Source of the DNA: Pristiophorus japonicus
Lineage: Eukaryota
Direction: 5' to 3'
DNA length: 64,000 bases
Assembly: GCF_044704955.1 (NCBI RefSeq)
Contig: NC_091995.1
Coordinates: 26,908,001 to 26,972,000 of the forward strand
The notes beneath the pieces are model-generated. The model was given only the letters and a program-made list of their open reading frames with translations, was not told where the DNA came from and searched no databases. This document shows positions 1 through 10,430 of this stretch, piece by piece. A program made the translations under genes and the position numbers. Each line of letters starts with the position of its first letter. Position 1 is the stretch's first letter.

Positions 1-21
1 ACTGAAAGAGTTAACAGTTAC

Positions 22-95
22 TTGCCATTCTTCATTCACCTCGTAGACCTGCTTGGTTCTCTTTCCCTCAAGACGCGAGACCGGTTTTCTTGCTG
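22..95 (-). CDS. Probable first cytoplasmic exon of the Ig-superfamily receptor (AARKPVSRLEGKRTKQVYEVNEEWQ)
   Basis: Minus strand TTTTGTTTGCTAG|CAG acceptor. The phase-1 frame joins the TM exon and gives basic stop-transfer residues. The donor is ambiguous (GTAACT at 21, GCAAGT at 25 or GTGAAT at 39). Confidence 0.5.
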
Positions 96-237
96 CTAGC
101 AAACAAAAGGATGAAATATGGACTTCAAATTTGCTTTTTTTTTCATAATCTTCTTCGTAGTAATTTCAATCTGATTTATAATGGGAGACTCGCTCCCCCT
201 CCATTTCTCATTGATATACACCATGTCAAAGGAAGTA

Positions 238-415
238 AGAAAGAACTTGCATTTATATACCACCTTTCATGACCTCAGGATGTCCTAAAACACTTTGCAG
301 CCAACAAAGTACCTTTGAATTGCAGTCATGGTTTTAATATAGCAAACGCAGCAACCAATTTGCGCACAGCAATCTCCCACAAACAACAATGTGATAATGA
401 CCAGATAATCTGTTT
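238..415 (-). mobile_element. DeuSINE/SacSINE1-like SINE 3' fragment
   Basis: Matches the window's abundant SINE tail (AAGAACTTGCATTTATAT...CAATTTGCGCACAGCA...GACCAGATAATCTG). Confidence 0.7.
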
Positions 416-419
416 TTCT

Positions 420-795
420 TTCCTTGGATGTCGCAATTATTGAGCCACATTCTTGAACCACAGCCATCCTTGTGGTGAAGTTTCTCCAACAGTGCATTTA
501 GGGAGGGAGTTCCAGGATTTTGATGGAGGAACAGCAATATCTTTCCAAGTCAGGATGGTGTGTGACTTGGAGGGGAACGTGGAGCTGGTGTTTTTCGCAT
601 GTCCCTGCTGCCCTGGTCCTTCTAGGTGGTAGAGATCATGGGTTTGGGAGGTATTGCTGAAGAAACCTTGGCAAGTTGCTGCAGTGCACCTTGTAGATGG
701 TACACACTGCAGCCACGGTATGTCGGTGATGGAAGGAGTGAATGTTTAAGGTGGTGGATGTGGTGCCAATCAAGCAGGCTGCTTTGTCCTGGATG
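420..795 (-). mobile_element. LINE fragment (HER1-like shark LINE 3' region)
   Basis: Same sequence family as 4805-4905/20571-20800 (GGGAGTTCCAGGATTTTGA...TTCCAAGTCAGGATGGTGTGTGACTTGGAG). Confidence 0.55.
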
Positions 796-1045
796 GTGCT
801 CTCTCAGGTGGAAGAGCAGAGAAGTTATCCCCGGTGTCCTGGCCAATATTTATCCAGCAACCAACATCACCAAAACTGATTATCTGTTCATTATCACATT
901 GCTGTTTGTGGGAGCTGGCTGTGTGCAAATTGGTTGCTGCGTGGTGTCCTACATTACAACTGTGACTACACATCAAAAGTACTTCATTGACTGTAAAGTG
1001 CTTTGGGACATCCTGAGGTCGTGAAAGGCACAAGCCTGTCTTTCT
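795..1045 (+). mobile_element. DeuSINE/SacSINE1-like SINE fragment
   Basis: CCCGGTGTCCTGGCCAATATTTATCC core and GTGAAAGGC...TCTTTC tail shared with other copies. Confidence 0.7.
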
Positions 1046-1244
1046 AAAGACAAACATTTTTGAAATAAGACCTTTTCAAATGACTACTTCTATTTTGGTG
1101 CAAGAAAGAAGTGGACACAGAGAGTGCATGTAAGTTTGATGCGCTCATTTAATTGCACATCATTGAAAATTACAACACAGTAACAACAACAAAACAGAAA
1201 CAACAACAGCACAGAAACAAATACAACAACTATTGGAATTTATA

Positions 1245-1580
1245 AAACGACTTTAATGTAGTAAAATGTCCCAAGGGTCTTTGTAGGAGCATCATCAGAT
1301 AAAATTTGATACCCAGCCACATAAGGAAATATTAGGACAGGTGACCAAAAGCTTGGCCAAAAAGATAGGTTTTAAGCAGTGGTTTAAATGAGGAAGGAGA
1401 GGTAGAGATGGAGAGGCTTAGGGATGGAATTCCAGAGCATAGGGTCTAGGCAGCTCAAGTAGGATATGCGCAAGAGGCTAGAATTGGAGGAGCACAGATA
1501 TCTTGGAGGGTTTTAGGGCTGGTGGAAGTTACAGAGATAGGGAGGAGCGACTTGAAAACAGGGATGACAATTTTTAAATT
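1245..1580 (-). mobile_element. L2-like LINE 3' fragment
   Basis: Similar to 22200-22285 plus 23485-23730 (AAAATGTCCCAAGG...GCCACATAAG...GACCAAAAGCTTGG). Confidence 0.5.
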
Positions 1581-1879
1581 TTGTGCCCCCATCAATATCC
1601 TCCATCTCAGGCCTTTTAAAAAATTCATTCAGGGGATGTAGATGTCTGCACTGAAATTGGGAGAGGTTTTCAGAACTCCAACATGTTTTTTTACAGGGTC
1701 CTTACTGGGCAGTTTAACCGTGTCACACAAGGACAGAGTTTAAATGGATCACCGAATGCTCACCACACAAGGAGACAAGAGTTTAACCGGAGCATTGACC
1801 TGAAATGTTAACTCTGTCTCTCGCTCCACAAGTGCTGCCTGACCTCATGAGTATTTCCAGCATTTTTTGTTTTTTACTG

Positions 1880-2795
1880 TCTGCTATCACCGCTGATTTT
1901 AAGATTATGCCCCTTGTTCTGGACAGTTCAGCCACACCAAATTGTTTCTCTCTACCTACTCAATCAAATCATTTTAATAATTTTAAATGCCTCATTTAGA
2001 TAACCCCTTAATCTTCTATATTCAAGGGAATACTCTTTGCAACCAGTTCTCATAACTTAACCCTTTTAGCCCTGGTATCATTTTGGTGAATCTGTACTAC
2101 ACCTCCTCCAAGGCCGATATATCCGTCCTGAGGCGTGGAGCCCAGAACTGAACAGAGTACCCAGATGGATTCTAACCAGAGCTCTGTACCGCTGTAACGT
2201 AACTTCCACCCCTCTGTATTCCAGCCCTCTTGGGATAAGGGCCAACATTCCATTAGCCTGTTTAATTAATCTTTGTACTGGTCCACTAGCTTTTAGCAAT
2301 TTCTGTACTTGGAGCCCTAAATCTCTCAGCTTCTCACAGTTTATATAATCTAACCATTTACAAAACACATCGATCTATCTTTTTTAGTTCCAATGTAGGT
2401 GAGCATTTGGTTTTCCCCACATTGAACTCCAGCTATGACCGTTTTTCCCACTCACTTTATCGATCAAAGTCCTTTTGCGAGTCGTGGCTCTCATCTACAC
2501 TATTTGCAGTGCCACCTAACTTCGTGTTGTCACCAAACTTGGATATACAGCTCTATTGCCCCCCTCTGTCCATGGAATGTTGGAAAATGCATCTACTATT
2601 TCTAGGGCCACTTCCTAAGTACTCTGGGATGCAGACTATCAGGCCCTGGGGATTTATCGGCTTTCAATCCCATCAATTTCCCGAACACCATTTCCTGACT
2701 AATAAGGATTTCCCTCAGTTTCTCCTTCTCGCTAGACCCTCGGTCCCCTAGTATTTTCGGGAGGTTATTCGTGTCTTCCTTAGTGAAGACAGAAC
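1880..2795 (-). mobile_element. Degenerate CR1 ORF2 fragments
   Basis: ORF 2078..2368 contains RDLG..VQ..L, ANGMLALI.RGLEY, YRALVR.HL, typical of the CR1 RT C-terminus. Confidence 0.75.
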
Positions 2796-2974
2796 TGGAT
2801 CAGCTGTCCTCTTTGGCCAGCAGCAGAGAATGCGCCAATACCGTGGAAGGTACCAATTTACAGCCTATTAATTAAATGTGAACGCTGTAATCAAACCAAT
2901 CGCCCTGTAATGTCAACCACCAAGACACAGTTCCCAACAATCTTCACAATAATTGTTACTACCAACAATAGAGA

Positions 2975-3320
2975 CAGAAATAAAGAACCTGCATTTATAC
3001 AGGACATTCCAAAGCGCTTCACAAGCCTGTGAAGTACTTATGTTTCTTGTAAGGAAGCGCAGCATCTAAAATTTGTGCACAGCAAGAGCCCACAAACAGC
3101 AAATGAGGTGAATGACTAGTTAATCGATCTTTTTGTAGTGTCGATTGACCAGGACATGAGGAGAACCTCCCTGCTTTTCTTTTGATTGTCACGGGATCTT
3201 TTACGTCCACCTCACTGGGCAATTGAGACCTCGGCGTAATGTTACATTCGATGGTCAGCACCTCTGACAATGCTGCACTCTCTCAGTACTGCAGTCGTGT
3301 CAGCCTGGATTATATGCTGA
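2975..3320 (-). mobile_element. DeuSINE-like SINE, degenerate
   Basis: Reverse-complement match to the SINE core (GGGATCTTTTACGTCCACCT, GCACTCTCTCAGTACTGCA). Confidence 0.6.
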
Positions 3321-3789
3321 AGTGGGGCTTAAACTGAGCGCTCTGTATAATATAAGTCAGGTTTTCCTCTTCGGTGTTGGGTGTACGAGCTGGACTGGAT
3401 GGGAAATGGTGACCATCTTGTGCTTGATTTTGTAACCAGCGTTTCCATGTTTCCCAATGCAAAACAAAGTCTGCCCCCATAAGATTTTATTAAGTTCCTG
3501 TGAAAATTATTTGATTTTTGTGTTACCTCTCCACTGGCTGGCCAGGCAGGTTTACTGTAAACCTATTGTTGTGTGTGTATGATTATATCAATATGTGTCA
3601 ATGTGTGGGGTGGGGAAGTGGGTAGCTTAGTATCATTACACATAGATGGCAGTGTCATTGTGATTAACCACAAACCTCACTGAAAAAGGAGTGAGCTGTG
3701 TGGAGAGAGGCACCATCTTTCCTAAAGGGGACTCGATAAAGTAATAAACGTGACAGATAAGGTAAACATGCAAAATTACGCAGCTGATT

Positions 3790-4100
3790 TCATAGAATGA
3801 ATCATAGAATAGTTACAGCACAAAAGGAGACCATTTGGCCTGTCGAGCTAGTGCTGGCTCTCTGCAAGAGCACCTCACCTTGTCCCACTCCCCCACCCTT
3901 ACCCCGTAGCCTTGCATTTTTTTTCCTTCAGGTACTTATCCAATTCCCTTTTGAAAGCCACGATTGAATCTGCCTCCACCACCCCTTCAGGCAGCGTATT
4001 CCAGATCCTGACCACTCACTGCGTAAAAAAAGGTTTTTCTCACGTCGTCTTTGGTTCTTCTGTGTCCTCTGCTTCTCGGCCCTTCTGCTAATGGGAACAG
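3790..4100 (-). mobile_element. CR1 3' end fragment
   Basis: CATAGAAT repeats (CR1 terminal microsatellite, reverse) followed by ACCACCCCTTCAGGCAGCGTATTCCAGATCC. Confidence 0.65.
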
Positions 4101-5324
4101 TAATAAAAACCTATAAGAGGACGAATTTGTTTTCCTTGTATGGGCTGCATTGATGAATATCGCACTGACAATAGTTGTCCTTACCCACTGCCCGGGTATA
4201 TGGGGAAATCGTGACCCAGGACTTATCGTCCATTCTTGAATTTTTAGATTGGACTGGGGCATATTTCTAGCGGAAATCTCGCAACGTAGCAAGGCTGCCT
4301 CCTTTCAGAGCAGAATTTTACAGCTCATATTTAAAGTCCCTCGTTTCTGCTTTTTAACCACTTGACTCATCAAAGTATCTATAGTTAATGTCAGTTCAGC
4401 ATCGTTTGCAGAAGGGACGCCTGCCTTTCAGTGACTCCATAGCTTTGAGTCAGGAATCTCACTCTCGCCTCTGAGTCAGAAGGTTGTGGGTTCAATCCCA
4501 CCTCCGAGACTTGAGCACGTAACCTGGGCTGACACTCGCAGTGCAGTACTGAGGGAGTGCTTCACTGTCAGAGGTATCATTGAGATCTGAGATTTCAGTG
4601 ATGACCTAAAAAAAAAATGGTTTGTCTTTGATTAACCTCTATTAGAAGGGAACATCTTTTAATATTTTACATTTAAATGAATATTGCACAGTGAGTTGGT
4701 AGATGCAAAAGATCCCACAACATTATTTTGAACAAGACCAGGGGAGTGCTCCTGTATCCAACTCCAGGACCTCCACCTCCACTAAGGTGTCAGCCCTGGC
4801 TCAGTGGGTGTGGGCATCGAGTGGAAGGCTGGCATTTATTGCCCATCCCTAATTGCCCTCTGAGAAGGTGTGTGGTGAGCCTTCTTGAACCGCTGCAGTC
4901 CGTGTTTTTTTTAATTTCAAAATATATTTTATTCATATAAAAATTTGCACAATACATTGGAAGAAAGTTCAGTGCATTTGGATGCAGCCATCAATTCCAT
5001 ACAATACATTTGGATGCTGACGGCAGTTCTGTTCAATTCATTTGCTTGCTTTACATTTCGAGGTACTTTTCAGTACAATCCAGGATACATTGTAATACAG
5101 TCATCAAATTAGTTTACTAGTGGCATTATACGGTACATGAAATGGGTGAGGGTACAGTTAAATTTCTTTGCAACATACATTACCAAACAGAACTTGCATT
5201 ATACATGGCACTACATAGAGCACCATGATCTGAAAAAACCTATGTATACAAATCGTTTCCAAGGACAGCCCGAGGGGAGTTTTATACTGATTCCAGCCCC
5301 TGGGTTTATCGTGGTGGAAGGGCT

Positions 5325-8300
5325 TTAAACTGTGGCTCTTCCCCACCGTGCCTTTGAGGCGACTGCACCAATTTTTAGTGTGTCCCTCAACACGAATTCC
5401 TGGATCTTGGATTGTGCCAGCCTGCAACACGCAGATGTGGATATCTCCTTGCTCTGGAAGACCAGCAAGTTTCGGCAAGACCAAAGTGCATCTTTCACCG
5501 AGTTGATGGCCCTCCAGCAGCAGATGATGACTGCCTCGGTGTGTGTCCCTGGGAACAGCCCGTAGAGCACAGAGTCCTGTGTTACGGAGCAGCTAGGGAT
5601 GAACCTCGACAGCAACCACTCCATCTCCATCCAGACCTGCCTTGCAAAGGGGCAGTCCCAAAGGAGATGGATGACTGTCCCGTCCATACCACAGCCAACT
5701 CGGGGGCAGAGTGCCATGTCTCTGAAACCTCGGCTGTGCATGAACGCTCTGACGGGTAGGGCCCTCCTCACCGCCAACCAAGCTACGTCTTGGTGCTTGT
5801 GTGAAAGCTCTGGCGATGAGACGTTCTGCCAGACAAGTTTGACAGTCTGCCCGGGGAACCACCCGACAGGGTCCACCCTTTCCTTCTTTCGTAGGGCGTC
5901 CAGGACCTTACGTGTCGACCACTGCTCTATGGCCATGTGATTAAAGGGTTTTTTTCTGAAAAACTTTTCCACGAAGGACAGGTGGAAAGGCATGGTGCAA
6001 CTGGTGGGACCGTTTCACGGCAGCGTGGCCAGGCCCATCCTTCGCAACATCGGGGACAGGTAGAACCTCAGCACGTAGTGACATTTGGTGTCTGCGTACC
6101 GGGAGTCGGTGCACAGCTTGATGCAGCCACACACAAAGGTGGCCATCAGGATGAGGGCCACGTTCGGAACATCCTTTCCTCCACTGTCCAGAGATTTGTA
6201 CATCGTGTCTCTGCGGACACGGTCCATTTTGGACCTTCAAAGTGGAAGATGGCCTGAGTGACTGCCACAGCACAGGAGCGTGAGATGGGCCAGATCTGTG
6301 CCACGCACAACAACACCGAGAGCGCCTCACTCCTGGTGACCAGGTTCCTTCCTGCAATGGAGAGGGAGCGCAGCTTCCACCATCCCAGTTTTTGTTTCAC
6401 TTTGGCAGTACGCTCTTCCCAGTTTTTGGCGTACGCCCCATCTGCTCCGAACCATATTCCCAACACCTTCAGGTAATCTGGCTTAACGTTGAAGGGAAAA
6501 AAGGATCGGTCGGCCCAGCTGCCAAAGAACATGTCCTCGCTTTTGCTGTGATTGACCTTCGCTTCCGAGGCCAGTTCAAACTGGTCGCAGATTGTGAGCA
6601 ATCTGTGGACTGACTGCGGATCCGAGCAAAAGACGGTGATGTCGTCCATGTACAGGGAGATCTTGACGTGAGTGCCTCCGCTGCCTGGGATCGTCACCCC
6701 TCTAATGCTCGCATCCTTCCTGATGGACTCGGCAAAGGGTTTGATACAGCACACAAACAAGACAGAGTAGAGGGGACAGCCTTGCCTGACTCCATACCTG
6801 ATCGGAAAGCTTTCAGTTTCCCACCCGTTGATTAGAACTGTGCTACTGATGTCTGTGTAGAGCAGTTGGATCCAATTGCGGATACCCTCCCTAAACCCCA
6901 TCTTGGAGAGCATGTCCATCAGGTACGCGTGCGATATCCTGTCAAAGGCCTTCTCCTGGTCCAGGCTGATTAAACAGGTGTCCGCCCTCCTGTCCCGCAC
7001 GTAGGCGATCGTATCCCTGAGTAGCGCGAGGCTATCAGAGATCTTCCTGCTGGGGACAGTGCAGGTCTGGTCCGGGTGAATCACCAGCTCACGAGCAGAC
7101 TTGACCCTGTTTGCGATGACCTTCGACAGGATCTTGTAGTCCACATTGAGCAGCAAGATGGGCCGCCAGTTTTTGATTTCCTCCCTATCCCCCTTCTGCT
7201 TGTAGATGAGGGTGATGATGCCTTTCCTCATTGATTCTGACATACTGCCGGCCAGAAGCATACCCCCGTACACTTCCAGCAGGTCTGGGCCCATCCAGTC
7301 CCACAGAGCCGAATACAACTCGACCGGTAAGCCGTCGCTTCCGGGAGTTTTACTCGTCGCAAGGGACCGGACGGCCTTTGTCAGCTCGTCCAGAGTTAGC
7401 GGGTGGTCCAGACTCTCCCATTCGCTGTCGTCTAAGACCTCTGAGATAGACGACAGAAAAGACAGGGAGGCCGCGCGGTCTGTGGGCTTGGCGTCGTACA
7501 GCCCGGCATAGAAGGATTTGCTGATCCTCAGCATGTTGGGCTGTGAAGACGTCACAGAACCATCTTCTTCCTTTAGGCTGCTGATCACGGAGCTCCACTG
7601 TGTACCTTTTGGAAGAATAAACGCGAACACGTCTCATCCTGCTCGACGGAGCGGACTCTGGAGCGGAAGATGATTTTGGAGGACTCTGAGGCAAAGAGCG
7701 AGGCTTGCTGGCACATCACCTCTTGGAGTTCCTCCGTGACATCGACCCCCATCGACTGCAGCAGGAGCAGGTTTTGCATACTCTTCTGGAGTTGGGACAA
7801 TTCCCTCTGTCTCCCTCTCGCCTCCTGAACACCTTTGAGGATGAAGAACCTCTTGATGTTTGTCTTGATTGTTTCCCACCAGTGCATCGGGGAATCACAG
7901 AGGGGTTTTACGGTTCTCCAACCTTTGTAATCCCTCTTGAGTTCCTCAACGTTTTCTGGGGTCAACAGTTTCACGTTGAGCTTCCATATCCCACTGCCCA
8001 CTTTCTGGTCTTCCTGTGGGAGGCAGTCGGCCAGTAGGAGGCAGTGGTCAGAGAAGAACACCGGCGTGACATCGGTGGATCTGACCTTGAGCATGTGGGA
8101 CATAAACAGGAAGTCTATTCTGGAACGGACAGACCCGTCTGGCTTCGACCAGGTGTATCTGCGCGGTGCTCCATCTGCAGGGTTGCTGAAGACATCGCAC
8201 AGCTTGGCATCTTTTACCACGTCCATCAGGAGTTTGGACGAGGTGTCCAGTTTGCTGTCGGCTCTGCTGGATTGTCCAGCCGCATCGATGATGCAGTTGA

Positions 8301-8627
8301 AATCACCGCCCAGAACGACCGGTCTGGATGTCGCCAGCAGCAGTGGGAACTGCTGGAGTAAGGCCAGCCGCTCGCTTCTGAGAGGCGAGGCATACACGTT
8401 AATTAGCCTTAGAGGAACATTTTTATACAATACATCTGCTACGAGGAGGCGGCCGCCCAACACCTCCTTAACTTCGGTGATGGTGAAGTGGCCTCCCCGC
8501 AGCAGAATGCTCAGGCCGGAGGAACGGCGATCGTTGCCTCCTGACCAAACGGGTGGTCCATGGGACCACCATTGCGACCACTGCCGGTAACTGCTGGAGT
8601 GCAGCAAGCCGCACTCCTGCAAGAATA
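5325..8627 (-). pseudogene. Tx1 ORF2 (APE-RT-CCHC), frameshifted; N-terminus continues at 19815-19917
   Basis: ORFs 7585..8694, 6146..7630, 6015..6227 and 5325..5993 are consecutive pieces in different frames. Joining 19917-19815 to 8627 restores MGLKIASINMRSIKSTTRCVSTLRYLAKVKADLLFLQECG. Confidence 0.9.
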
Positions 8628-9324
8628 AGAACATAAGAACATAAGAATTAGGAACAGGAGTAGGCCATCTAGCCCCTCGAGCCTGCTCCGCCATTCAACA
8701 AGATCATGGCTGATCTGGCCGTGGACTCAGCTCCACTTACCCGCCCGCTCCCCATAACCCTTAATTCCCTTATTAAATCTATCTATCTGTGACTTGAATA
8801 CATTCAATGAGCTAGCCTCAACTGCTTCCTTGGGCAGAGAATTCCACAGATTTACAACCCTCTGGGAGAAGAAATTCCTTCTCAACTCGGTTTTAAATTG
8901 GCTCCCCCGTATTTTGAGGCTGTGACCCCGAGTTCTAGTCTCCTCGACCAGTGGAAACAACCTCTCTGCCTCGATCTTGTCTATCCCTTTCATTATTTGA
9001 AATTTTTCTATAAGATCACCCCTCATCCTACTGAACTCCAATGAGTAAAGACCCAGTTTACTCAATCTATCATCATAAGGTAACCCCGTCATCTCCGGAA
9101 TCAACCAAGTGAATCGTCTCTGTACCCCTCCAAAGCCAGTATATCCTTCCTTAAGTAAGGGGACCAAAACTGCACGCAGTACTCCAGGTGCGGCCTCACC
9201 AATACCCTATACAGTTGCAGAAGGACCTCTCTGCTTTTGTACTCCATCCTTCTCGCAATGAAGGCCAACATTTAATTTGCCTTCCTGATTACCTGCTGCA
9301 CCTGCAAACTAACTTTTTGGGATT

Positions 9325-9495
9325 CCTGAAAAAAAAACGCTCAATCTCATCTGATCTTGGAAGCTAAGCAGAGTCAGCCCTGGTTAGTACTTGGATGGGA
9401 GACTACCTTGGAATACCAGGTGCAGGAGGTTTACCGTTGGTGGACTTTGATGTCACCCAGGTCGGGTGGCACGATTTAATGTAATCTAAAAGAGT
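9325..9495 (+). mobile_element. 5S rRNA-derived SINE3-like element or chimera with a Tx1-type 3' tail
   Basis: 9325-9432 resembles vertebrate 5S rRNA from about nt 17 to its 3' end (TCTGATCTTGGAAGCTAAGCAG..CCTGGTTAGTACTTGGATGGGAGAC..GGAATACCAGGTGC). The tail GTCGGGTGGCACGATTTAATGT..CTAAAAGAGT matches the Tx1 3' ends at 16584-16637 and 42700-42748. Confidence 0.85.
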
Positions 9496-10430
9496 TTCAT
9501 GCACAAGGACCAATTGTGGAGCACTGGAGGCGTGGCCTATTCAATTGGAGCCCTGCTGCTGAGAGAGGAGCAGCTACCAACTTTTGCTCCTGCCTGGAGT
9601 GAGCCCTGAGACCAGCCCAGGAAGAGAAGGAAGGAAGGGGCTTCACCACCAACTTTCACCCAGAGGGAGAGGAGGAAAAAGCAGAAAACTTACAACTTTT
9701 TACCATTTCTACAAAGAGTTGGAGAGAGGGGGAAAGACCAACAACAACATCCAGTGTGGAAGGAGGGAGACTCTACCATTCTACAGGTGGGTGTGGGTGC
9801 ATTTCCCAAAAAGACTTTGTTGTATCGGTGGGGGGAGGAAAGAAGACCACTGAGGGCCGGAACATCGCGGGGGGTGTGTGTGTGTGGAAAGTGTGTGTGG
9901 GGGCCTTGCTTACAACTAGGCCCCACACACAACTGAACCCCCCCCCCAAATTACCTAGCCTGGGATAGCTGGAGCTACCAGGCTGAAGATTTCTTTTCTT
10001 TAAATACCCATTTTAACATCGTTAGGATTGTGTGACTGGTTGGCTCTAGCTGCCCCAGGTGAAGACATCTTCTCCCCTCACCTGAAGACCACCCCAAAGA
10101 CTATTTGTGTTTTGCCATCTGGGGATTGCACCCACCCACAGCTGCGAGGGGAGACCTGCCCTCGCAGTTACCCCCCCCCTTCCCACCCCCCTCTCTCTTT
10201 CTCTGTTACTCTGTTTCTCCCCTCTCTCTCTGAGACCCCTTTCTCCCAAATTAATTTTTAAAAAAACAATTGAGACAACTGAGCAGAGGGAGCAAGGCCC
10301 CTCCCCAATTGCCAACTAGGGGAGAGGTGTGCCTCGTTAAGGGCTCCTCTGCTCAGTCTTTAGACAAGAGGCCAATTAAGACCATTAAGGCCTGTGACTT
10401 TGGGGTGGGTGTAGCCCTTAAAGGGACCCC

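Noticed and set aside
1165-1240. Hydrophobic TM-like reading on the minus strand
   Set aside because: It derives from an (AAC)-rich simple repeat with no convincing splice sites.
9325-9432. Functional 5S rRNA gene
   Set aside because: It lacks about the first 16 nt, has an A-run expansion and multiple substitutions, and is fused to a retrotransposon tail inside a CR1.
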